DNA of 60,679 bases from an uncultured Candidatus Saccharibacteria bacterium (GTDB taxonomy: Bacteria > Patescibacteriota > JAUYIX01), in assembly GCA_964435075.1 (NCBI GenBank), contig CAYSXT010000001.1, positions 1 through 60,679 of the forward strand, written 5' to 3'. The notes beneath the pieces were generated by a model. It made no database searches. It was not told the DNA's origin and saw only the letters and a list, made by a program, of their open reading frames with translations. Below, in pieces: positions 8,720 to 17,566 of the stretch. A program made the position numbers and the translations under genes. Numbering within the stretch: the first letter of the stretch is position 1; the number at the start of each line of letters is the position of its first letter.

Positions 8720-9346
8720 ATGTCCATATTGCCAGAACCGGTCATAAATTTGATCGATGCACTTGCTAGTTTGCCAGGTATTGGTCCAAAATCGGCCTCT
8801 AGATTAGCACTTCATCTTATTCGACAATCCGATGACGACCTAAAAAAGTTAAGTCAGCTTTTTGGCAACCTTAAGCAAGAGCTAGTAATTTGTAGCACCT
8901 GCCAAAATATTGCTGCCAAATCACCTTGTATGCTCTGCTCTGATGAAAAACGTGCCAATGGCACTATTTGCGTTGTTGAAGATGCACTAGATGTTGTAGC
9001 GTTAGAGAGAGCCGGTGTTTTCCAGGGACGCTATCATGTTTTGCAGGGCGTACTCTCGCCTCTGGATGGTATTGGTCCAGATCAACTCAAAATAAAGGAA
9101 CTAGAACGTCGTGTAAAAACAGAAAACATCACCGAGGTAATTTTAGCCACCAATCCAACTATCGAGGGTGAGGCTACATCGATGTATATAACTAAAAGGC
9201 TAGCTGAAAAATCCAATCTCAAAATAACCCGCCTTGCGCATGGTTTACCTGTCGGAGCTGATTTAGAGTACGCAGATGAAGTAACGCTTGCACAAGCGCT
9301 TGAGGGCCGTCAGACCGTACAAAAGGACCCGTCTATTAAGCCTTAA
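8720..9346 (+). CDS. recR: recombination protein RecR
   Basis: 208 aa with LPGIGPKSA (HhH), a C4 zinc finger (CSTCQN...CMLC) and a Toprim region. Confidence 0.95.
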   Translation: MSILPEPVINLIDALASLPGIGPKSASRLALHLIRQSDDDLKKLSQLFGNLKQELVICSTCQNIAAKSPCMLCSDEKRANGTICVVEDALDVVALERAGVFQGRYHVLQGVLSPLDGIGPDQLKIKELERRVKTENITEVILATNPTIEGEATSMYITKRLAEKSNLKITRLAHGLPVGADLEYADEVTLAQALEGRQTVQKDPSIKP

Positions 9347-9671
9347 TACTTGTAACTTCTAGAGTTGTCAGATCAGCCCTAAAGCCCCTAGAGACTCTGA
9401 TACGAGCTTTATTTCTATAACGGAAGGCTACTCCTTTTGGCCCGCGACTGTGATCGACAATCTTTGCTTCTACTTGCGCGCCATTTACATGTGGAGAGCC
9501 AACATTAATACCTTTAGCAGTACTAGTTAAAAGAACCTCTTTAAAGGTTAGCTTTTTGTCCTGTTTACCTTCTATTCTACTAACGGTAATTGACTCTCCT
9601 TCAACTGCTATATGTTGCTTACCGTTGATGTCTAGAATAGCGAATTTATCTTTAATTTTGCTGTTTTTCAT
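9336..9671 (-). CDS. rplU: 50S ribosomal protein L21
   Basis: 111 aa with the FAILDINGKQH..VEG pattern typical of L21. Its 3' end overlaps the recR 3' end by 11 nt. Confidence 0.9.
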   Translation of the reverse strand: MKNSKIKDKFAILDINGKQHIAVEGESITVSRIEGKQDKKLTFKEVLLTSTAKGINVGSPHVNGAQVEAKIVDHSRGPKGVAFRYRNKARIRVSRGFRADLTTLEVTSIKA

Positions 9672-9711
9672 TAGGATCTAAGACTAATTTATGTTAGCGG
9701 CCAAGTCAATA

Positions 9712-10203
9712 TTAGTTAATTTCTATTTCTGAACCTGCCTTGATGCCCATTTCTGCTACCTGGCCGGCTGGTAACTCGATAACAAGATCGACTTTCTCAT
9801 TTGGTCTATAAAGTCTCAATTTGTCATCGGGTGTGCCTGGCTCGGGGCTAACATCTGCATCTAAATCAACTACTTTACCCTGACTTACCCAGATAATATC
9901 TATGTTTATTTGCATATCCTTCATCCAAAAAGCGGGCATTGTTGCGGGCTCAATAATAAAAAGCATACCGTCATATGGCACTTGAGTCTTGTCTGAGAGC
10001 CCTTGAGCTTGTTTTTCTGCATCGTCCGCTATGGCGAGAGTCACGTTCTGATTATTTATCGCAACCTCTGCAGTTTCATAGTCGGACTCTTGAAATATCT
10101 TTACTATTTTACTGTCGCCGTTATCGATAGTTGCTTGATTACTGGCAACACACCCGGCTAAAACAAATATGGCAATAATAGCGACAAGCGGCTTAATTAG
10201 CAT
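9712..10203 (-). CDS. DUF192 domain lipoprotein
   Basis: DGMLFII...FWMKDMQINIDIIWV is the DUF192 signature. I start it at the ATG at 10203 (MLIKPLVAIIAIFVLAGC, a lipobox) rather than the track's 10251. Confidence 0.8.
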   Translation of the reverse strand: MLIKPLVAIIAIFVLAGCVASNQATIDNGDSKIVKIFQESDYETAEVAINNQNVTLAIADDAEKQAQGLSDKTQVPYDGMLFIIEPATMPAFWMKDMQINIDIIWVSQGKVVDLDADVSPEPGTPDDKLRLYRPNEKVDLVIELPAGQVAEMGIKAGSEIEIN

Positions 10204-11914
10204 CGGAAGCTGCCAATTTATTTTCAGTATCTTTACTCTCACTGCTGTCACTTGTTCTTACCTTAGGCATGACCTGAAACTCCATATACTTACCAAGAGC
10301 AAGTCGTGTATGAGCATCCAATGCTGGAATAGAACCAAAAATAATAGTAACGAACGGAGTTAAAATCCACTGAAATACCACGCTAAGAATTTTTCGCTGC
10401 TTAAGGCCTTTTGGTCTTGGTGGAATCATCTTGATACTTACAATTATCGACACAAGCACACCTAGAAGTGCTATGGTCAAAATTGAGCGCGAAACGCTTA
10501 AGAAGTTCTGCCCCAGCACCGTATTATTAAACTCAGCGCCACCCAAAGCACCCGGTAACCAACCACCAATTGCCAATATAATAGCTGCAGTCCCCCAGGT
10601 GTAAAATGCCTCGACCATGCGCAAGGTATGTAACAGACGCTGTTTTAAAGGTATTCGCTGACCATTGCGACTAAAGAAATTTACCCCTAAATATGCGAGA
10701 TTTTCAGCGCCCCATGCCCAGCGCCTTTTTTGTTTATATAAGTTAACCAGGGTCTGCCACCAGTTACCCGCCTGCACCGCGTCCATTGAAACGGTTACCA
10801 ACAGCGGCACGGCTTTGTAATTGCCTTTGTAATAGACACAACACTGCCAAAAAATACGGCTATCCTCCGAGATACGAGAAACATCCCATCCGCCCACATT
10901 TATTACCGCTTGGAGTGGTATAGCGTGACTAGAAAAAGAAACAAGGCGCTGAGAGCGACTAGCCTCTATCATCTGCCAAAAAGTCGACCCAATGGCTGAT
11001 ACACGCGACAACATCGGAACAGTCCAATAATTATTATGGTAAACCGGAATAGGCTGAAAAGATGAATGTTGTCTATCGGGCTCAATAATAAAAGCTTCAG
11101 TAAGAACGGCTAAGTAGTCTTTATGAACCTGAGTATCAGCATCAAGATTAGAGACAAGCATGTTCTCTTTATTTATGCCTAGTTTCTCTATTTTAGGAAG
11201 AACAGTCTTTAAGGCATAAGTCGCATTAGCACTTTTAACCTTAGCTTCACCAGCAATGCCATCTGGGTGCAGTACGGTCCAAAAATGCGCAAATTTACCC
11301 TTGAAGTATTCTTCTAATTCCGCAGCTTTAGTGATTGATTCTGGGCCTGCTCTTTCTTCCAGTCCCACCAAAACTATCACATGGTCCATTGGATATTTAG
11401 ACTGTCTTAGCGCCTCTATGGACTCCTTAAGCACCTCAACCGGCTCGTTATAAGTAGTAAGGACAACTAAGTGCCACACATCCCGCCAAAGTGGCATTTT
11501 GTCAGCTCTATGAACAAGGGTCACTAATTCTTGGCGTCTTTTCTGAAGAGCACGAACTTCTCTTCTCTTTTTTAAATTAAGCCGATTACTACCAATTATA
11601 TTTTGGATCTCTGCGAGTTTACTAGTAACTAATATAAGAGCCTTACCGGGATCATCCAGACTTTGCAGACGCTCTTGCCAATTATATTTTTCTACCTGTT
11701 TTAAACCAAAATATGTATGGGCTAAATGAAACGAGACATGTATGGCCTTAACTAGCCAGTAAAGACTAAATAAAATAATAAAATACGAGACAAGAAAAGG
11801 TGCCAACCACGAGAGCAAAAATAACAATGCAAAAGTAGACCACTCCATTACTGCAGGTAAAATTTCCCAGAATCTTTCGTAGGGAGTCGCTATTCTTTTT
11901 ATAATAGAGTCCAT
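10193..11914 (-). CDS. polytopic family-2 glycosyltransferase, processive beta-glycan synthase type
   Basis: 573 aa with N- and C-terminal TM bundles. It has the GT2 motifs TTYNEP, NLDADT (DxD), SEDSRI (T/S-ED) and QKRRWAWG (QxxRW). Confidence 0.85.
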   Translation of the reverse strand: MDSIIKRIATPYERFWEILPAVMEWSTFALLFLLSWLAPFLVSYFIILFSLYWLVKAIHVSFHLAHTYFGLKQVEKYNWQERLQSLDDPGKALILVTSKLAEIQNIIGSNRLNLKKRREVRALQKRRQELVTLVHRADKMPLWRDVWHLVVLTTYNEPVEVLKESIEALRQSKYPMDHVIVLVGLEERAGPESITKAAELEEYFKGKFAHFWTVLHPDGIAGEAKVKSANATYALKTVLPKIEKLGINKENMLVSNLDADTQVHKDYLAVLTEAFIIEPDRQHSSFQPIPVYHNNYWTVPMLSRVSAIGSTFWQMIEASRSQRLVSFSSHAIPLQAVINVGGWDVSRISEDSRIFWQCCVYYKGNYKAVPLLVTVSMDAVQAGNWWQTLVNLYKQKRRWAWGAENLAYLGVNFFSRNGQRIPLKQRLLHTLRMVEAFYTWGTAAIILAIGGWLPGALGGAEFNNTVLGQNFLSVSRSILTIALLGVLVSIIVSIKMIPPRPKGLKQRKILSVVFQWILTPFVTIIFGSIPALDAHTRLALGKYMEFQVMPKVRTSDSSESKDTENKLAASDAN

Positions 11915-12258
11915 CTAGTAATTATTGTTGCTAATGAGGTTATTAATATTAGTCCGACGGTAAACCAAGCTAATAGTCTTGCTGCTAAGCGCTCTCTTTC
12001 AATCGCCCATAATGCCAAAATAAAATTAATCAATAAAATCAATAGGTTTATGCCTACAGGTATCAAATAAGCATAACCGGGTCCAACTAAATCTATGCCA
12101 AAATAGACGTTATAGTGTAGTGGAATTGCTTCTGCTTGTAAAGGGGTAAACTTGTACATCACAACAAAAAAAGCAGCTAACATAAATAGGCCTAAAACAA
12201 AACCACTTATCGTAATTTTGTCACTTAGAATTTTTTTTAAACTTTTAATTGGGGTCAT
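11899..12258 (-). CDS. small hydrophobic membrane protein (about 4 TM), unknown function
   Basis: 119-aa ORF that overlaps ftsQ by 4 nt and the GT2 gene by 16 nt on the same strand. Confidence 0.65.
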   Translation of the reverse strand: MTPIKSLKKILSDKITISGFVLGLFMLAAFFVVMYKFTPLQAEAIPLHYNVYFGIDLVGPGYAYLIPVGINLLILLINFILALWAIERERLAARLLAWFTVGLILITSLATIITRWTLL

Positions 12259-13124
12259 TGCACAAACACTCTACCGGGTATTCTAAGATCAATATATTCT
12301 AGAGTGTTAGTATCTTCTACCTCGCGCTCCAAAACTTCACGTAGTATTTTTATCTGTGACTCGCCATCACGCGAGGTATCAAAAAGGACTTTCCAACCTT
12401 CATTTGTAACAAGTGTTAAGTCAGGTGCTAATCTGCTAGGAGCTATAAAGAAATTAATACTTAAATCCTCTACCGTACTAAAAGCCGAATAGGTGCTAAT
12501 AACAAAGTCTAGCGTTTCCTTCGTCATGACTCGATCGCCTTCAACGGTTGCTTTATTATGTTCATCAACAATGACAGGAACACTGGCATCTCGAGACTCA
12601 CTTCGCATAATCTCATCATACGCTATACCTCTATCATCAACGAAGTAGAATTGTCCTGCGGCAGACCATATGGCAAGAGGTTCCCTTTCACTGATCACAA
12701 CCTTTAGAATATTAGGAAGCTCTTTTCTAACGTCCACAGTTTCGATAGCTGAAGAAGCATTAAGAATTGAAGCAGTTATAGCTTGTCTATTGATCGATAA
12801 AATAGCTCTCCTCGGAAATATCCCAAATAAATTTCCCGAAATATGCGAGTTTATTTGTTCCTGAATGAAGTCTGTACTAACCCTGGAATTACCAACTACA
12901 ATTGGCTCGGTAATTTTAAAAAGGGAAGACCAAAACAATACGTAATAAGCAGCCGAAATAATAATCACAGCAAACGCCACTAAAAGGTAAAAATAAATTT
13001 TCTTTTTTTTACTTAATGACTTACGCTTTGTCTTAAAAACTGTCCGTTTATTTGGATTTAATACAGGCGCTCGTCTACGTATAGGTTTTACGTCCTGAAT
13101 TAGGGTTTTTTTACGAAGTAACAT
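12255..13124 (-). CDS. ftsQ: cell division protein FtsQ/DivIB (POTRA domain)
   Basis: 289 aa with a basic N-terminus, a single TM, then a POTRA-like region (ITEPIVVGNSRVSTDFIQEQI). It sits after ddl-alr. Confidence 0.8.
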   Translation of the reverse strand: MLLRKKTLIQDVKPIRRRAPVLNPNKRTVFKTKRKSLSKKKKIYFYLLVAFAVIIISAAYYVLFWSSLFKITEPIVVGNSRVSTDFIQEQINSHISGNLFGIFPRRAILSINRQAITASILNASSAIETVDVRKELPNILKVVISEREPLAIWSAAGQFYFVDDRGIAYDEIMRSESRDASVPVIVDEHNKATVEGDRVMTKETLDFVISTYSAFSTVEDLSINFFIAPSRLAPDLTLVTNEGWKVLFDTSRDGESQIKILREVLEREVEDTNTLEYIDLRIPGRVFVQ

Positions 13125-14235
13125 TATTTCTTATTATATGTCCACCCAAGGAGGTAAAGACCTCGTATGGAATTCGTTGACTCATCCTACCAATTTCAGC
13201 CGCTCCAAGCACGTCAGAGCGCTTATTAGACAATAGAACTACAATGTCACCTATTCTTGGGCTTGGGACCTTTTTCAAATCTAATGCGGCACAGTTCATT
13301 GAAATACGACCAGCAAACTCTACCTTAGTTCCATTAATACTGGCCGCCTTTTGGTTACTGAGTGCTCTATCAAGTCCATCAGAATAACCAACGGGTATTA
13401 ACCCAATAGCATGACCGGTGGTTTGCTGCGTAAAAGTGCCGTCGTAGCCAATAGTTTCACCAGCCGGAACATTCTTGAGTTGCACTATTTGTGTTTTCCA
13501 AGTTAAAGCTGGGCTTAATTTTCTTGCCCAAGGTTGGGCGGTCTTTGGAATGTGCCCATACAGGGCTAATCCAACCCTAACCGCGTCATCGTCAATATTA
13601 TGTATGGTTGTGGCTGCTGAGTTAGCCGAGTGGAGCATAATAGTCTCTTCTATAAGTTTCGACAGGTTAGCCTTAGCATTGTTCCATCTATTGAGTTGTT
13701 TATTAAACAAGTTAAGATCAGAATCAGCTGAGGCAAAATGTGTCATTAAGCCAGTTATCTTTAGGTTAGGTAAATTTTTAGATGCACTAATGATTAACTG
13801 CGCCTCACCTTCAGTTAAGCCGAACCGCGACATTCCAGTATCTAATTTGAGATGAATATTAATTTTTTTACTATGTTTCTGCGCCCACTTTGCGTAATGA
13901 TTAAACCAAGTCGGATGACTTACCACTAAATGAGTATTAAGGTCGATATTATTTAAGTATATCTCGTTGACTAAACCGAGAATAATAACAGGTGTTTCAA
14001 TATTAAATTTTCTTATTTTGTGGTGTTCATGTTCAGCAAAGACCGCTAAATAACTTGCACCACCTTTAATAAAAGCCAGAGCAGATTTTTTAAATCCATG
14101 GCCGTACGCATTTGATTTGATAACAGCAATTAATTTTCTAGGTGCAACATTATCAACTACGATACGTGCATTTTTTTCCAACTGACCATAATCCACCTCA
14201 ATCCATGTTTGAGATGCATTAAGTTTAGTGCTCAT
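13111..14235 (-). CDS. alr: alanine racemase
   Basis: 374 aa with the PLP-lysine motif AVIKSNAYGHG and a typical C-terminal beta domain. Confidence 0.9.
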   Translation of the reverse strand: MSTKLNASQTWIEVDYGQLEKNARIVVDNVAPRKLIAVIKSNAYGHGFKKSALAFIKGGASYLAVFAEHEHHKIRKFNIETPVIILGLVNEIYLNNIDLNTHLVVSHPTWFNHYAKWAQKHSKKINIHLKLDTGMSRFGLTEGEAQLIISASKNLPNLKITGLMTHFASADSDLNLFNKQLNRWNNAKANLSKLIEETIMLHSANSAATTIHNIDDDAVRVGLALYGHIPKTAQPWARKLSPALTWKTQIVQLKNVPAGETIGYDGTFTQQTTGHAIGLIPVGYSDGLDRALSNQKAASINGTKVEFAGRISMNCAALDLKKVPSPRIGDIVVLLSNKRSDVLGAAEIGRMSQRIPYEVFTSLGGHIIRNNVTS

Positions 14236-15187
14236 TTAAGGCAAAAGTTATCACCTTGTCTAATAGTTCCGGGAATGTAATTCCAGCCGCAGCTGCACTT
14301 TTTGGCAATAAACTGGTTTGAGTCAGACCGGGCAACGTGTTTGTTTCTAGAATTTTTATGCGATTATCTGCCATTAGGATCATATCTGTTCTTGAATATC
14401 CGCGACAGTCTAGAACTTCGTGTGCTTTTAGGGCACAATTTTGGAGATTTTGTTTTACAACATCTGCAATGTCAGCTGGAACAATCTCTTCAGCTCCATT
14501 TTTTTGATATTTATTTTTATAATCAAAAAAACTACTTCCTTGGGGAATAATTTCAACCACAGGTAAAGCCTCCGCCTTAGTATTACCTAATACCGGAACG
14601 GTAACTTCACGACCACTTATTACTTGCTCAATCAAGGCACTTCCGTAGCTCGCTAAACTTTTTCTCACTGCTCTTACTAGCTCCTCTCTAGTTAAAACAA
14701 ATATAACACCTAAACTTGATCCGCCTTGATTGGGTTTTACTACGGCCGGTAACTCAATCTTGTCGTAATCTTCAGGTTCACTAGTTAACAACATGCTAGC
14801 CGGGACATCCAAGCCTGCCGCCATAAATAATTGACGACTCGTAAATTTATCCATTCCTAAAGCACTTGCTAAAACACCACTACCCGTATAAGGAATTCTT
14901 ACTACATCTAGATAGCCCTGCATTTGGCCGTCTTCACCGACAGCACCGTGCAGTGCGTTAAATACTAAATCTGTATTAGCTGGAGTTATTTTTTTACGCC
15001 AAAGACCAGGTTTATCCATTAGGACCTGCCTGACTGAATACTTACCTTTGTCTAAATATGCCTTTATGACCTTACCGGTAGCAATAGAGACGCTGCGCTC
15101 ATCGGATACACCGCCCATTAATATCGTAACTTTTAACGGGCTTTTTTTCTTCTTAGGTTTCTTTTTTGGCTGGCGTGAGGTACTCAT
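14225..15187 (-). CDS. ddl: D-alanine--D-alanine ligase
   Basis: 320 aa with an ATP-grasp layout (GGVSDERSVS, HGAVGEDGQMQG, LETNTLPG). The K-rich N-terminus overlaps the serS 3' end, so the exact start is uncertain. Confidence 0.9.
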   Translation of the reverse strand: MSTSRQPKKKPKKKKSPLKVTILMGGVSDERSVSIATGKVIKAYLDKGKYSVRQVLMDKPGLWRKKITPANTDLVFNALHGAVGEDGQMQGYLDVVRIPYTGSGVLASALGMDKFTSRQLFMAAGLDVPASMLLTSEPEDYDKIELPAVVKPNQGGSSLGVIFVLTREELVRAVRKSLASYGSALIEQVISGREVTVPVLGNTKAEALPVVEIIPQGSSFFDYKNKYQKNGAEEIVPADIADVVKQNLQNCALKAHEVLDCRGYSRTDMILMADNRIKILETNTLPGLTQTSLLPKSAAAAGITFPELLDKVITFALNEH

Positions 15188-16436
15188 TGTTGTCCATATA
15201 TGGCTGCAATACCTCCGGTATTCGAACCTTACCGTCTGCTTCCTGGAAGTTCTCCAGTATTACGACGGGAAAGCGCGAAAAGGTTATTGCTGTACCATTT
15301 AAAGTATGAGCATAACGCTTAGCTCCTTGTTTGTCGACATATTTTATATTCAATCTCCTGGCTTGGAAATCTCCGGCATTACTGATTGAGGCCATCTCCA
15401 AATAACGGTTTTCACTGGGTAGCCAGGCTTCTAAATCGTAAGTCTTTTGCATTTTTAAAGGTAAATCTCCTGTTGCTAGGATCGTCCTTCTAAAGTGCAA
15501 TCCTAACTTACTGAGTAAACCCTCGGCTAAGGGCAATAACTCGTTATCCAATAGCGACCAAGACTCTTCTTGACTTGAAAAAATGAACATTTCCAACTTA
15601 TCAAACTGGTGCCCTCTAATCAGTCCATGCATATCTTTTCCATAGGTTCCCGCTTCTCGTCTGTAATTTGTAGTAAAACCAGCGTATTTAATAGGTTGTT
15701 CAGCTAAGTCTAAAACTTCTTTTGCATGATAATTAAGCAGAGTAATCTCACTTGTTCCTATTAAATAGAGCTCGTCCTCCGGTAAATGATAGACCTCACC
15801 CTTATCGACTGGAAACATTCCTGCACCATACATTGCCTCTTCCTTAACCAAAGTTGGCGTTAACATTGGTAGATAATTTTTTTGAGCGAGCTCGTCCATA
15901 GCAAATCTAAGTAAGGCAAAATCAAGCCGAACTAAATCACCTTTTACGTAGCTAAAGCGCGAACCAGATATTTTTGCAGCCTTTTTTGTATCTAGCCAAT
16001 CCATTTCCTCAGCCAACTGCCAATGGTTCTTAATTTTAAAATCAAATATAGGCTTTTCTCCAAATATACCGTCAACTTTGTTGTCTGTTTCGCTCTTACC
16101 TACAGGAACAGTTTGATGCGCAAATGTTGGCAATAAAGAAACTAAGCTAAAAAATTTCTCATCTATTTTCTTTAGCTTAGGAGCTAAGCTTTTAATATCC
16201 TCTGCAATTTTCTTACCGGCAGCTATTGCCTTCTTTTTCTCAGAAGGCTCAAGTTTTGAAATCTGCTTTGATTGTTTTTTTTGTTCAGACCTTAAATCAT
16301 CTATCTCACTAATTAGTTGCCTGCGCTCTTCATCAATTTTAATAAGCTCATCAACATCGGGTTCTTTCAAGAACCTTTTTTCTAACTCAGCTTTGATCAG
16401 CTCTGGTTTATTTCTTAATAGATCTAAATCAATCAT
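15153..16436 (-). CDS. serS: serine--tRNA ligase
   Basis: It has the class II motifs and a coiled-coil N-terminal arm. I start it at MIDLDLLRNKPE (ATG 16436..16434), which shares one base with the upstream TAA (TAATG). Confidence 0.94.
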   Translation of the reverse strand: MIDLDLLRNKPELIKAELEKRFLKEPDVDELIKIDEERRQLISEIDDLRSEQKKQSKQISKLEPSEKKKAIAAGKKIAEDIKSLAPKLKKIDEKFFSLVSLLPTFAHQTVPVGKSETDNKVDGIFGEKPIFDFKIKNHWQLAEEMDWLDTKKAAKISGSRFSYVKGDLVRLDFALLRFAMDELAQKNYLPMLTPTLVKEEAMYGAGMFPVDKGEVYHLPEDELYLIGTSEITLLNYHAKEVLDLAEQPIKYAGFTTNYRREAGTYGKDMHGLIRGHQFDKLEMFIFSSQEESWSLLDNELLPLAEGLLSKLGLHFRRTILATGDLPLKMQKTYDLEAWLPSENRYLEMASISNAGDFQARRLNIKYVDKQGAKRYAHTLNGTAITFSRFPVVILENFQEADGKVRIPEVLQPYMDNNEYLTPAKKET

Positions 16437-17563
16437 TATTGTCTCCTTAGTCTCCCTCTCCACAGTAAAATGGTCAAGTTGCCAGCCCCCAGCAAAGCCA
16501 CAGCTAGAATCATCATCGGCCCCAACAGAGGAACAAACAATAATATAGAGATTAATAAGCTACCTAAGACTGCCGGCAGAAACCCAGATATTTTATTTTT
16601 CCAAAACAAATTACATATTTGACGTCCTGCCACATGAACAAAGAAGGCATACCCGTAAATCGCTGATACCAGCAAGTATGCGACCACAACCACCCCAAGT
16701 GGCCATAAAATTTTTGTAAGAAATGTGGAGAATAATAGTAAAAACCCGAACAAATAAATCCCAATACCAATCCAAGTTGTATTAAACAGTTTTCTACTTG
16801 CTTGAGTTCGACCTTTCTCTAATAACGGCTTACCAAAAAGATAGAATAATGAGGTAATTAATAACGTGACAATATAATAGGCCAAGAAAAGGACTGCATA
16901 GGCCCAGATACCCTCAAATATTCCCAACACTGTGAGTGTCGTAGGTTTAAACTGCAGTTCTTCCACTTGAGCACCTTGCTCTAAGATAGGTGCTACATTA
17001 CCAACATGCGAATACTTACCATTTATTACCGTCTTTTCAAGCACCTGGGCCAACCGTGATTTAGTATGAACATTCTCAAATATACCGTTTAAAAAAAGCT
17101 GATTAGCGTACGCCCAAGTGTCACCTGTGTGAATTCCGTTAATGCCAGCTGTTAGGGCAGCAACAAATAAATCACTGGTGGTCGCTTCTATAACCACCTG
17201 AACCGATGCCAAAGTACTAATGCCAACGACTTTGCCAGAAATTACCGTATTGTATGCGACAGCTCTTAGATCCCCCTTAATTATTCCGTTGATTTTTAAG
17301 TCTCGTGCCACAATAGTTACATCACCGTTAATTTCAGATTCTATTACGGCCTCATCCGCTAAAATATAAACGTCAGAGTTTAGATCAGCTTTGATCTCAA
17401 CTCTTTGTCCACTATAAAATAGTGGCGCAGATGATTCTGATCCCTCTGTAACAATTAAATTGGATTCAATTGTCGGTACAGCAGCATGAGTGCTACTAAA
17501 ACCAAAAACTAATCCTGTTAATCCTAATAATACACCCAGCAGTACTGCTATAAACTTTTTCAT
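16436..17563 (-). CDS. membrane protein: signal peptide, repeat-rich (bactofilin-like beta-helix pattern) ectodomain, polytopic C-terminal half
   Basis: 375 aa. The signal peptide is MKKFIAVLLGVLLGLTGLVFGFSSTHA. Repeats follow, of the form INGDVTIVARDLKINGIIKGDLRAVAYNTVISGKVVG, and then about 5 TM helices. Confidence 0.75.
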   Translation of the reverse strand: MKKFIAVLLGVLLGLTGLVFGFSSTHAAVPTIESNLIVTEGSESSAPLFYSGQRVEIKADLNSDVYILADEAVIESEINGDVTIVARDLKINGIIKGDLRAVAYNTVISGKVVGISTLASVQVVIEATTSDLFVAALTAGINGIHTGDTWAYANQLFLNGIFENVHTKSRLAQVLEKTVINGKYSHVGNVAPILEQGAQVEELQFKPTTLTVLGIFEGIWAYAVLFLAYYIVTLLITSLFYLFGKPLLEKGRTQASRKLFNTTWIGIGIYLFGFLLLFSTFLTKILWPLGVVVVAYLLVSAIYGYAFFVHVAGRQICNLFWKNKISGFLPAVLGSLLISILLFVPLLGPMMILAVALLGAGNLTILLWRGRLRRQ

Positions 17564-17566
17564 TAT

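Noticed and set aside
16437-16463. N-terminal extensions proposed by the track for serS (also alaS 42569..42604, dnaB 6547..6579 and the DUF192 gene 10204..10251).
   Set aside because: The conserved protein N-termini begin at internal Met codons (MIDLDLLRN, MQSSEIRSSF, MSNQAK, and MLIKPL followed by a lipobox). The longer versions would overlap upstream genes extensively.
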